64,000 bases of DNA from contig CALRVT010000009.1 in assembly GCA_943371675.1 (NCBI GenBank), positions 21,040 through 85,039 on the forward strand, read 5' to 3'. This DNA is from Chitinophaga pinensis (GTDB taxonomy: Bacteria; Bacteroidota; Bacteroidia; Chitinophagales; Chitinophagaceae). Below are positions 19,584 through 29,151 of the stretch, in pieces. Every line of letters starts with the position of its first letter. Within the stretch, counting starts at the first letter, position 1. The notes under the pieces were generated by a model. The model was not told the DNA's origin, made no database searches, and worked only from the letters and a program-made list of their open reading frames with translations. Made by a program: the position numbers and the translations under genes.

Positions 19584-21215
19584 ATGATAAAAAGTACAAA
19601 ATTGAGAAACTATTTTTTTACCGCCTTGGCAATAACGATGTCTGCTGTAACCGTTATGGCACAACAACCAAACACAAAAACAACGGTTATTTCAAGTCCT
19701 AAACTAAATACCGACAAACCCAATATTTTGGTAATATGGGGTGATGATATTGGCTGGGACAATATAAGCCAGTATGGTTTGGGTATCATGGGTTATACTA
19801 CACCAGGTATTGACCGAATTGGAAAAGAAGGTGCGATGTTTACCGATCAGTATGCGCAACCAAGCTGTACAGCAGGTAGGGCTTCGTTTATTACAGGTCA
19901 ATACCCTATCAGAAGCGGTATGACCACTGTAGGATCGCCGGGAGATTTGTTAGGCTTACAGCCAGCTTCTCCTTCATTGGCAGAAGTATTAAAGAAGCAG
20001 GGGTATAATACGGGTCATTTTGGAAAAAATCACCTGGGTGATCAAAATGTTCACTTACCCACTAATCATGGTTTTGATGAATTTTATGGCAACCTGTACC
20101 ATTTAAATACGCAAGAAGAAGCAGAACAAAGAGATTATCAGGCAGTAGCCAATAAGTACCCAGGTGGCATCACTGCTTATAAGAAAAAATTTGAAACCAG
20201 AAATGTTTTACACACTTATGCAACTGATGTAGATGATGCTACCATAGATCCCCGATTTGGAAAAGTAGGCAAGCAAAAGATTACGGATGAAGGACCACTC
20301 ACTAATGAAAGAATGAAACTTTTTGATAGTGCTGAAGTGGCACCAAAAGCCTTTGATTTTATGCTGCGTTCTAAAAAGCAGGGTAAACCATTTTTTGTTT
20401 GGTTAAACACCACTCGTATGCATTTGTACACCAGATTGAGTGACCACTGGCGTTATGCTGCCGAAAAATATACCAGTGAAACTGATTTGCATGGAAGTGG
20501 CATGCTGCAACATGATGCAGATGTAAAATCAATTCTGGATTTTTTAGATGCGAATGGTTTAGCAGAAAATACAGTGGTTTGGTATAGTACAGACAATGGT
20601 CCAGAACATTCAAGTTGGCCACATGGTGGTACAACACCATTTAGAGGAGAAAAAATGTCTACATACGAAGGTGGTATGAGGGTAATCAGTATGGTAAGAT
20701 GGCCCGGTCATATCAAGCCTGGTACTGTATTAAACGGCATTCAAACACATATGGATATGTTTACAACTTTTGCCGCCATTGCAGGCGTAAAAGATGTGGC
20801 TGCTGATATGATGGCACAAAAAAAACAATATATAGATGGTCTCAATAACCTGGACTATTGGACAGGAAAAAGTAAAGAATCTCAGAGGCATGATGTATTC
20901 TATTATTACGAATCGAAATTGATGGCCATACGCATGGACCAATGGAAAATTCATTTTAATACAAAAGAGGATTACTATGCAAACGTTGTTCCACTTACAG
21001 CACCCTTATTTTTTAACTTAAGAATGGATCCCAATGAGTCTTATGACGGGGAAGGTGCACAACATCTATTGCAAAAAACAAGTTGGATTTTAGCACCGAT
21101 GGGTGAAAAAATAAATGGACACATAAAAACACTTTTAGACTATCCACCAGTGCAAGGTTCAAAAAGTTTTGACATGAGTAATATCATGGAAAGCATTAAA
21201 AAACCTTTGCAATAA
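19584..21215 (+). CDS. Arylsulfatase (type I sulfatase family), exported
   Basis: It has a signal peptide, then [14 protein letters not shown] (metal-binding DD), [13 protein letters not shown] (formylglycine motif position) and GHFGKNHLG. Total length is 543 aa. Confidence 0.85.
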   Translation: MIKSTKLRNYFFTALAITMSAVTVMAQQPNTKTTVISSPKLNTDKPNILVIWGDDIGWDNISQYGLGIMGYTTPGIDRIGKEGAMFTDQYAQPSCTAGRASFITGQYPIRSGMTTVGSPGDLLGLQPASPSLAEVLKKQGYNTGHFGKNHLGDQNVHLPTNHGFDEFYGNLYHLNTQEEAEQRDYQAVANKYPGGITAYKKKFETRNVLHTYATDVDDATIDPRFGKVGKQKITDEGPLTNERMKLFDSAEVAPKAFDFMLRSKKQGKPFFVWLNTTRMHLYTRLSDHWRYAAEKYTSETDLHGSGMLQHDADVKSILDFLDANGLAENTVVWYSTDNGPEHSSWPHGGTTPFRGEKMSTYEGGMRVISMVRWPGHIKPGTVLNGIQTHMDMFTTFAAIAGVKDVAADMMAQKKQYIDGLNNLDYWTGKSKESQRHDVFYYYESKLMAIRMDQWKIHFNTKEDYYANVVPLTAPLFFNLRMDPNESYDGEGAQHLLQKTSWILAPMGEKINGHIKTLLDYPPVQGSKSFDMSNIMESIKKPLQ

Positions 21216-21289
21216 ATGTGATAGGTAAAAGTTAGTTATGATCTTCCCATTGAAGATGTTATTTTAAAAAAAAGAAATATACTAAATAT

Positions 21290-21327
21290 AAAAGCTGTTG
21301 GACTTACTTGTTCCAGCAGCTTTTTTT
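21290..21327 (+). terminator. Rho-independent terminator after the sulfatase gene
   Basis: The sequence is aaagctgttgga-cttacttgt-tccagcagcttt followed by a T-run. The stem is about 11-12 bp with one G-U pair. Confidence 0.7.
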
Positions 21328-21378
21328 ATCAAAGCAAATAATAAGTGCAAATGGGATTACTAAGAGTATGGTTTAAAG

Positions 21379-22440
21379 CTAGCTATATCTATTCCCAAAA
21401 GCAGGTCTCACCACCCAATGGGTATTTTCTTTCTTGCGTAAAACCAACCAATAAAAGAAAAATAAAGATGCTGATACAGTAATCAGCATCATAGACCATT
21501 CAGGTAAAAGATTTGTAAGATCAAGCAACATGCCATCTTCGGCAAATTTTCCATAGCCAAATAAGGCCGGAATACGGTACCAATAATAAATAGAGATACC
21601 TGCAGCCGCAAAAATGCCTATCAATTTTCTTTGATGTATCTTTTTAAAACTAGTGTTGAGTATAGCATACAGAACCAAAGAAATGCAAAAGCCGATCATT
21701 GGCCATGTATACACTTTCAGGAAGACCGAAATTGCGCTAAAGCCTTGTACATCGGGTACCTGAAACCATCCCCAGATGAAACCCGGTAATCCCCCAACGA
21801 TCAATAAACCACTCAGTTGATGGTAAATAGTTTTTTGAGAACTGGATGGATTGATATGTGGCGTTGCATCCGGACAAGGAACCACACAATTCATACATTC
21901 GCCACAATGTGCATTGGGAAATGACATGAGCACATTACCCCCATATAATTTTTCTACTGGATGCACCGGACATAAACCGGAACACCAGGCACTTTTCCAT
22001 TCGTAATTAAATCCAAGAATAACACCTATCAACGCAAAAAATAGAATCAACAGAAATGTAGCAGTTCCATTATTGTTAAATAGTGCATGTCGCAGTGGCA
22101 CAATTGCATACAATAGTATTACAGACAACAGGTTTAGTTTGCCTAATTGCAGATGGGTTAACTTTTTGCTTTTAGACCAGCCCATATGTCGGGGGAAAAG
22201 CTGTGTGGTGGCCAATGGACAAACATTTCGCCATACACCTGTTGCGATCAAAAATAAAAAGGGGGCTACTGGTATCAATAAATTCCAGAATAAACTTAGT
22301 CCCAAACTTGGGTACCATAACAAGGAAAAGAGTATGAACAAACCCACTAACCAAACTGATAATTGTGCAGTTCTCCAATAAATAATCGAACGTTTAGATA
22401 ACTGATTACCCGATTTAAATGGCAAAGTATTTACAAGCAT
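21379..22440 (-). CDS. Integral-membrane 4Fe-4S polyferredoxin-like protein (NapH/COG0348-like)
   Basis: It has about 8 predicted TM helices and two CP motifs adjacent to membrane helices (WRNVCPL, WCSGLCPV). It also carries one canonical CxxCxxCxxxCP ferredoxin motif (CGECMNCVVPCP). Confidence 0.55.
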   Translation of the reverse strand: MLVNTLPFKSGNQLSKRSIIYWRTAQLSVWLVGLFILFSLLWYPSLGLSLFWNLLIPVAPFLFLIATGVWRNVCPLATTQLFPRHMGWSKSKKLTHLQLGKLNLLSVILLYAIVPLRHALFNNNGTATFLLILFFALIGVILGFNYEWKSAWCSGLCPVHPVEKLYGGNVLMSFPNAHCGECMNCVVPCPDATPHINPSSSQKTIYHQLSGLLIVGGLPGFIWGWFQVPDVQGFSAISVFLKVYTWPMIGFCISLVLYAILNTSFKKIHQRKLIGIFAAAGISIYYWYRIPALFGYGKFAEDGMLLDLTNLLPEWSMMLITVSASLFFFYWLVLRKKENTHWVVRPAFGNRYS

Positions 22441-22443
22441 AAG

Positions 22444-22492
22444 ATTCCCCCTATTTCATTACCTAAAAATCAAGCAATGAAATTAGGGGAAT
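22444..22492 (-). terminator. Imperfect 17-bp inverted repeat downstream of the MmeI-like gene
   Basis: The arms attccccctatttcatt and aatgaaattaggggaat are separated by 15 nt, and the repeat lies 72 nt past the stop codon. There is no clear U-tract. Confidence 0.35.
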
Positions 22493-22563
22493 CGTTAAAC
22501 CGAAAAGATGATTTTGCTCATGTTCAGGTACCGACCTATTCGTTTTTACCAAATATGGGTTAT

Positions 22564-25338
22564 TTACTTCCGCTTTTTCTTTTGTACTACAAACATGCCA
22601 GCAGTGTACTGATCATACAATTCAAATAAATATTCTATCCTTTTGGCTTCTGAGGCAAAGGGTTGGGGGCGATAACAGAGATCAACTGCTTTGTCTAATT
22701 GTTGGTGGGCTTTTACCAATGCGGGAGGCATAGTATTGGGATCATACAAATCTGCCAGAGAACTTTCCGGAAATAAAAGCCTTGCATCTAAAACGACTTG
22801 TGCTGCTTTTTCAACTACTACTTTTTGTTTATCAGTTGGGTCTTGAGGCCAAGGGAAATTATTGTACACGATTGACCCTGAGTATCTATAATCACTTTTT
22901 AATCTACCACATACATATTTAACCCAAGCCATATGCATTTCAGACTCTAGAACCCCAAAATGCCACTTGTTTGCATTTGGTAAGGCTGTACAACTATCAT
23001 TGACGATAAAATCATGTGTATAAAATCCAAAAGGAATATATTTTCTATTTTCTGATGAAGTTCTTGGAATAAGTAAATAATCATTTTCAGGTTGTCGTTC
23101 TTCGGCAAAAAGAGTAGGAAAATTTGCAAGTTCTCTAGTTTGACTTTTTGTACTTTTTTGCCTATAATTTTTCACTTCTGCAATTTGTTGAAGTACAAGT
23201 GGCATCTTTTGTAAATCCTTTGGATTCGCATCTTTTAAATAAAGAACCCAACGATTTTTTCCATTTATAAATTCATCCCCACTTAAAATTGGTTTAAAAT
23301 AATTAATACTCAATGGCTCTCTTATTAGAAAATCATTTTTCTCTTCATCAGTAAATAAAAAGTGTCCTCCATCAACAAGTTTATTGCCATATAACATTTC
23401 GGGAATATTGCAAATTGGCTTTTTACGTGAAGGCAAATAATTATCAGCCCCTTCAACTAAATATGGATTGATATTTTTAGCTTTTACTTCATGTGGCTCT
23501 CCTTTGATTTGTTCATATTCATAAATTTTCTTTTGACTAATATCAAAGTTCGAAAATCCAATTATTACAACATGAACAGCAGCATTCCCGCGAGCTTCAT
23601 TTCCCCACTTAAAAGTTCGATGTGCAAAATGAATTTTAACATGATGCTTATTAAACAATTCACTCCATAAAATAGATACTTGCTCGCCTTGACAAATTGA
23701 ATTTGTACTTACAAATGCAACTAAAGTATTGGGCAATTCTCGTTCGTCAGATTGATGTGTGTCTAAATATTTTGCTGCTTTTATATACCAAGCTGAAACA
23801 TAATCCATAACACCAGCACCATTCACATTTGCAAAAACGAGATTCATATCTGTTTTCTGTTCCACATTTTGTAAATGCTTTCCAATAAACGGAGGATTAC
23901 CCAAAATATAATGAAACCTTGTAGCATGTTTCTCCCATGGGTATGGCACAATCATGCTCTGCCAATCAACTCTTAATGCATTGCCATGCACAATGGTGGC
24001 AGATTTTTTTAGGGGTATGCGTTTATAATAGTCTCCAAAATGAACACTTGCCATTTCATTCATCTGATGGTCTATCAACCACATGGCCACTTGTGCAATC
24101 TGGCTTGGGAATTCTTCGTATTCTATACCATAGAACTGGTCTACATCTACTAAAAAGTAATCGTTAATACTGGTAACGGTCTGGTTCTTCAAAAGAATTT
24201 TTACAATTTCCAGTTCCAATAAACGAAGTTCTCGGTATGCAATAATGAGAAAGTTTCCGCAACCGCAAGCAGGATCCAAGAAACGTAGTTTGCTGATCTT
24301 TTCGTGAAGTTTACGTAAACGATTTTTATCATTTTTAATAGATTCAAACTCTTCCCATAAACCATCCAGGAATAAGGGTTTGATGAGTTTGAGTATATTT
24401 TTTTCGCTGGTATAATGCGCACCCAGGTTACGGCGTTGGGTTTCGTCCATCACACTCTGGAACAAAGAACCAAATATAGCTGGAGAGATTTTACCCCAGT
24501 CTAGAGAGCAGGAACGCAAAAGAATTGCACGCATCTCACTATCGAAAGAAGCTGGTGGTAGTCGTTCTTCGAATAATTTTCCATTTACATAAGGAAATGC
24601 TGCCAGGCTTTCATCCAGGTTTTTTAAACGGGCATGTTCGGGCGTATTGAGAACATTAAATAAACTGTCTATATGCATGGCAAGATCACTGCCATCTTCG
24701 GATGTTTTATTAAGGAAGTAATCGAGCATCATACCACGCTCAAAAATGCCGGTATCATCTGCAAAAAGACAAAATAATAAACGTACAAGATAATGTTCTA
24801 ATGGATGGCCGGTATAGCCTACTTCTTTCAATTTATCGTGCAGTTTGCCCATTAACTCGGCCGCACGAATGTTTACCGGATCTTGTTCTTTATAAGTTCT
24901 TTTTTCATATCCTGCAATAGGGCCAAATGCCTGTACATTTTTTAATAAGTTATCAAGCGTAAAAACTGTTTTATTGCCATCCTCATCATACAAATGAAAA
25001 TTTTCAAAATCACTAATGAGGATTAATTTAGGCAATTCGTAATCTTTCAACCCGGCACAATAGTCTTTGGCTTGCTTGTAGGCTTTTTCAAGGTCTTTGC
25101 CTTTACTTTTCATCTCTACCAATAACATACCTTTCCAAAGCAGGTCTATATAGCCATCACCTTCATCCAGTTTTTTAACCCTGTGTTCAAAAGTGGCTAC
25201 TCTTTTACGGTTAATACCAAATACATTGAGAAATTCAACCAGGAATGGTTTAGCTTCTGCTTCTTCCTGTGTAACATCGTTCCATTCTTTGCTAAATGCA
25301 ATTGCCCTTGTTTTTATTTCATTCCAGCTAATGGCCAT
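22564..25338 (-). CDS. MmeI-family Type IIL restriction-modification enzyme (fused endonuclease + N6-adenine methyltransferase + TRD)
   Basis: The protein is 924 aa. Its N-terminus MAISWNEIKTRAIAFSKEW...KPFLVEFLNVFGI..RVATFEH is near-colinear with MmeI as remembered. The nuclease motif is D65-x9-E75-x-K77 (IDLLWKGMLLVEMKS). SAM motif I is FLDPACGCGNFL and motif IV is NPPF (23887..23898). Confidence 0.85.
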   Translation of the reverse strand: MAISWNEIKTRAIAFSKEWNDVTQEEAEAKPFLVEFLNVFGINRKRVATFEHRVKKLDEGDGYIDLLWKGMLLVEMKSKGKDLEKAYKQAKDYCAGLKDYELPKLILISDFENFHLYDEDGNKTVFTLDNLLKNVQAFGPIAGYEKRTYKEQDPVNIRAAELMGKLHDKLKEVGYTGHPLEHYLVRLLFCLFADDTGIFERGMMLDYFLNKTSEDGSDLAMHIDSLFNVLNTPEHARLKNLDESLAAFPYVNGKLFEERLPPASFDSEMRAILLRSCSLDWGKISPAIFGSLFQSVMDETQRRNLGAHYTSEKNILKLIKPLFLDGLWEEFESIKNDKNRLRKLHEKISKLRFLDPACGCGNFLIIAYRELRLLELEIVKILLKNQTVTSINDYFLVDVDQFYGIEYEEFPSQIAQVAMWLIDHQMNEMASVHFGDYYKRIPLKKSATIVHGNALRVDWQSMIVPYPWEKHATRFHYILGNPPFIGKHLQNVEQKTDMNLVFANVNGAGVMDYVSAWYIKAAKYLDTHQSDERELPNTLVAFVSTNSICQGEQVSILWSELFNKHHVKIHFAHRTFKWGNEARGNAAVHVVIIGFSNFDISQKKIYEYEQIKGEPHEVKAKNINPYLVEGADNYLPSRKKPICNIPEMLYGNKLVDGGHFLFTDEEKNDFLIREPLSINYFKPILSGDEFINGKNRWVLYLKDANPKDLQKMPLVLQQIAEVKNYRQKSTKSQTRELANFPTLFAEERQPENDYLLIPRTSSENRKYIPFGFYTHDFIVNDSCTALPNANKWHFGVLESEMHMAWVKYVCGRLKSDYRYSGSIVYNNFPWPQDPTDKQKVVVEKAAQVVLDARLLFPESSLADLYDPNTMPPALVKAHQQLDKAVDLCYRPQPFASEAKRIEYLFELYDQYTAGMFVVQKKKRK

Positions 25339-25455
25339 AGAGGTGAATTGGGTTACAAATTAGCGAATACAGGTGAAAATTAGAATGAATGGTAAAATTA
25401 GATGAAGCTAATAACGTTAGTAGTCTTTATCAAGCTAAAGTCTTAAATTTAGTTC

Positions 25456-25746
25456 ATGCAGAACGATGCTAAAATCATAGAATCCCTTATTGAGGATGGT
25501 ATTATTGGTAACGCCTTGGGGGCATTGGTTTCTAAGAAACCCAATACAGAATTAGGAGTTGTTGCTTACGCTGCATTAATAGCAACTTATAAAGCAAGTG
25601 AAAGAGCCAAAAAAACCGGTTTACCCATTATACTAGAGAAGAATAATGCCTTGTATGAAATAAGTGTAGATGGCACAACCAAGAAAAAGATTAAAGATCT
25701 ACCTTCCAAACAAATGAATATCCCTCAATCATTTATTTTAGAATAA
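25456..25746 (+). CDS. Hypothetical 96-aa protein
   Basis: This ORF runs divergently from the MmeI-like gene. It has a Gly/Ala-rich amphipathic N-half (GIIGNALGALV, GVVAYAALIATY) and a Lys-rich C-half. I recognise no family. A perfect 10-bp palindrome follows at 25770..25790. Confidence 0.35.
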   Translation: MQNDAKIIESLIEDGIIGNALGALVSKKPNTELGVVAYAALIATYKASERAKKTGLPIILEKNNALYEISVDGTTKKKIKDLPSKQMNIPQSFILE

Positions 25747-26034
25747 TTGGATTTAAAGTGGCTCTTAAGCATTTTGGTAATACCAAAATGAATTAAACAA
25801 AACAACTATTTTGTTGGATTCTGTAATTAATCCAATTTCTCATTTATTTTTTGCTGAAATGGTAGGTTTTATTGATTAAAAAATAAACAGGAAATGGGCT
25901 AAAGCCCGAAACTCTTTTCATACAATGTCCCCATGCTGAAGCATGGGGCTAGTTTGATAATTCAATTCATAATTCAACTTTCACCATTCCCTTCGTAATT
26001 CGACATTCCTTGTTCGATATTCGATATTCCCTTT

Positions 26035-29000
26035 CTATTCATGCACCACTTTCGGAGCCAAGAGCTTATACAATACAGGAGTAACAACCCTGGTTAATAA
26101 GGTAGAACTAATCAACCCTCCGATAATTACCAAGGCTAAAGGCGAATACAATGGATTGTGCTCTAACACTAATGGTATCAAACCTCCAATAGCCGTAAGG
26201 GTGGTTAATATGATTGGAATAAATCTTGTTTCTCCTGCTTCCTGGATAGCAACTTCCAATGCGGCGCCATTTCTTCTTAACTGATCGGTATAATCCACCA
26301 GCAATATTGAGTTTTTCACTTCAATACCTATCAATGCGATCATTCCCACTACGGCTACAAAAGAAAATGTATTACCTGTTGCCAATAGCATCAATACGGC
26401 ACCAATGATACCCAATGGTACAACCGATAGTACGATCAATGTGCCTTTGAAAGTTTTAAATTCCAGTATCAGAATTCCTAGCACCCCAAAAATAGTGATC
26501 AGGATGATAGTGCCCAATCCACCAAAGCTTTCTTCACTGGCTTCTACATCGCCTGCTGCTTTGTATCGGGAGCCCTTTGGAAAATTTACCTGATCCATTT
26601 TTTTCAAAACTTCGCCGGTTAATTTTGCTGTGTTGTATCCATTTTTTACAAATGCCGTTACAACGGTAAACCTGTCTTTGTCGTAGTGGTTAATTCCTGT
26701 AGGTGAGCCCTGGAATTGTATTTCGGCCAATTGACTCAAGGGCACAGATACCCCACTATAAGAACTTACATACACTTTTCTAAAAACATTATAATCCTGT
26801 TTCCCTTCACGTGGCAGGGTAACAGTAATACGGTAATCATCTCCATTATCTTTCCGGAATGTGCCAATATTTAATCCAGTTACTGCCATGCGGATGGTTC
26901 TGTCAATATCTGCCACAGGCACACCCAACAAGCCGGCTTTCTCTTTGTTTACTTTTACTTTGATATCTGTTTTTAAAGTAGTGAGTTCATTGTTCACATA
27001 CATAGTTCCTTCTGTTTGTTTCAGGAGTTTTTCTACCCTAAAACTGAGTGCTCGTAAGGTATCCAGGTCTTCGCTAAAAATTCTGATGGCGATAGGCGCT
27101 TCCACCGGCGGACCCTGTTCAAAATCTTTTACTTCAATTTTGGCATCCGGAAAACTATTGAAACGGGAACGTAAGGTATCGATCAATATTCTTTTTTCTG
27201 CCGGCTCTGTTTCTTTCAACTGTACAAATACCTGTGCATAATTAGCCTGTTCGCTTTTAGGAATCACATTATAATAAATACGTGGATTACCATGTCCAAT
27301 ATTGGTTGCGTAATTTTTTAGATCCGGAATATTTTTGATTTGTGCTTCAACTTTTCTGGCCACCTGGTCAGTAGCATCCAAACTAGTGCCCAATGGTGTT
27401 TCAATATTGATCATGAACATGGGTTTCTCCGATGCCGGAAAAAGACTGAAACCTACAACTGGTATCAAAGCAAGACTACCTGCAAAAATGGCTAAGGCTA
27501 CTAGTAAAGTTGTATAAGGTCTTGCAATCGCAGTATGTAATAAGCGTCTATAAGAACCACTGATTATTTTTTTAAGTCCACGTAGAAAAAAGTTGCCATC
27601 CGGACTTTCATGTCCGCTCAAAATTCTGCTCGATAAAAAAGGAACGATCGTTAAGGAAACGAATAAAGAAGCCAGCACGGTACAAACTACTGCAGCTGGT
27701 AAACTGCGGATAAAATCACCCGCGCCTTCAGGCAGAAACAAAAGTGGAAGAAAGGCAAAAATGAGTGTTGCCGTACATCCTAGCACTGCCAGACCAATTT
27801 GTTTGGTTGCTGCCATGGCTGCTTCTTTTTTGTTATAGCCCATTCGGAGATAGCGTTCAATATTTTCCACCACCACAATACTATCATCCACCAATAATCC
27901 TAAGGCCACAACCAAACCAACAATACTCAACTGATTAATGGTAAAGCCAAACAGATCCAGCATAAATAAACCGATGGCCAAAGAAAGTGGAATGGAAACC
28001 ATTACCACAATAGATGCCCGCAAACCCAATGGCAGTAAGGTTAGTAGCACCAAAAAGATAGCGATGGCAAAATCTTTGGTAAAACCATCCAATCTTTTGT
28101 GCACACTTTCTGCATTATCAAAACTTTGTTCAAATTTAATAGAAGGCGGCAATGATTCTTTAAACTTATTCAACACCGGTTGCATTTGCTTTTCCACTTC
28201 AAAAATGTTGGTGCCCATCTTTCTACTGGCCGTTACAAAAACCCCACGCTTGCCATTCAGTCTGGCTCTATAACTGGCATCATCATAATCAAACTGAACA
28301 TCGGCAATATCTTTGATGTATACCATTTTACCATTGATACTACTAACAATGGTGTTTTTGATTTCATCGATACTTTTATAATCGCCACTGGTTTTTACAT
28401 TAAATCTTTTTGAACCCAGATCAATACTTCCCGCAGGTATGTTTACATTTTCTGCCTGAATAGCACCCATGACACGGTTCAATGGAATTTTTGCCTGCGA
28501 CATTTTTTCCAAATTCAAGGATACCCTTACCTGTTGTTGTGGAAATGCCCAGTTGTCAACATTCTTCAGGCTTTTTACTTTGGATAGATCTTCTTTTAAT
28601 TTCTTACTCCATTCTTCCAGATCGCGGTAGGGCGCGGTTTCGCTCATCAAAGCAATTTGTGCAATGTTTACATCACTGGGTGAAAACTTCATGATGTTCA
28701 AGCTCAGGATCTCTTTGGGTAGTGTGGCTCTAATGGCATCAATTTCTCTTACCAGGTCCTGGTATTTTTTATCGGGATTGGATGAATATTTGAAATCGAT
28801 TCTCATAACTGCCAAACCATCATCAATGCGTGTGATGATGCGTTTGATATCGTCCATCTCATTCAGCTTTTTCTCCATGGGATCTACTACCAGTTGTTCC
28901 ATGTCTTTTGGACTGGTACCCGGATAAATCACGATGGCATTGAATTGCGGCGCCTGAAAGTCGGGGTCTTCGCCACGTGGCATATTCAATAGTGAGCTCA

Positions 29001-29076
29001 CACCTATGGCAATCAGCATCACAAAAATGATGAGTGTGAACTGATAATTTTTTACGGAGAAATCGGTTATTTTCAT
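26035..29076 (-). CDS. RND efflux transporter permease (AcrB/HAE-type)
   Basis: The protein is 1013 aa with a 12-TM layout and two large periplasmic loops. It has the typical N-terminus (ITDFSVKNYQFTLIIFVMLIAIGVSS) and the GLLVDDSIVVVENIERY motif. Confidence 0.9.
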   Translation of the reverse strand: MKITDFSVKNYQFTLIIFVMLIAIGVSSLLNMPRGEDPDFQAPQFNAIVIYPGTSPKDMEQLVVDPMEKKLNEMDDIKRIITRIDDGLAVMRIDFKYSSNPDKKYQDLVREIDAIRATLPKEILSLNIMKFSPSDVNIAQIALMSETAPYRDLEEWSKKLKEDLSKVKSLKNVDNWAFPQQQVRVSLNLEKMSQAKIPLNRVMGAIQAENVNIPAGSIDLGSKRFNVKTSGDYKSIDEIKNTIVSSINGKMVYIKDIADVQFDYDDASYRARLNGKRGVFVTASRKMGTNIFEVEKQMQPVLNKFKESLPPSIKFEQSFDNAESVHKRLDGFTKDFAIAIFLVLLTLLPLGLRASIVVMVSIPLSLAIGLFMLDLFGFTINQLSIVGLVVALGLLVDDSIVVVENIERYLRMGYNKKEAAMAATKQIGLAVLGCTATLIFAFLPLLFLPEGAGDFIRSLPAAVVCTVLASLFVSLTIVPFLSSRILSGHESPDGNFFLRGLKKIISGSYRRLLHTAIARPYTTLLVALAIFAGSLALIPVVGFSLFPASEKPMFMINIETPLGTSLDATDQVARKVEAQIKNIPDLKNYATNIGHGNPRIYYNVIPKSEQANYAQVFVQLKETEPAEKRILIDTLRSRFNSFPDAKIEVKDFEQGPPVEAPIAIRIFSEDLDTLRALSFRVEKLLKQTEGTMYVNNELTTLKTDIKVKVNKEKAGLLGVPVADIDRTIRMAVTGLNIGTFRKDNGDDYRITVTLPREGKQDYNVFRKVYVSSYSGVSVPLSQLAEIQFQGSPTGINHYDKDRFTVVTAFVKNGYNTAKLTGEVLKKMDQVNFPKGSRYKAAGDVEASEESFGGLGTIILITIFGVLGILILEFKTFKGTLIVLSVVPLGIIGAVLMLLATGNTFSFVAVVGMIALIGIEVKNSILLVDYTDQLRRNGAALEVAIQEAGETRFIPIILTTLTAIGGLIPLVLEHNPLYSPLALVIIGGLISSTLLTRVVTPVLYKLLAPKVVHE

Positions 29077-29151
29077 AACAGTTATTTTGGGCAGCTATGC
29101 TGCAATGATTTTTTCACAAACGATACAACTAAAAACTTACCTGAGTGTTGA

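Noticed and set aside
19584-22440. Sulfatase plus membrane Fe-S protein as a sulfatase-maturation pair
   Set aside because: The genes are convergent and separated by a good terminator. Known anaerobic maturases are soluble radical-SAM enzymes with a CxxxCxxC motif, which this membrane protein lacks.
21379-25338. MmeI-like enzyme plus downstream polyferredoxin as a two-gene defence system
   Set aside because: They are separated by 123 nt containing an inverted repeat. MmeI-family enzymes are known to act alone, and I know of no mechanistic or reported link to membrane ferredoxins. The polyferredoxin is kept only as a context oddity in its own finding.
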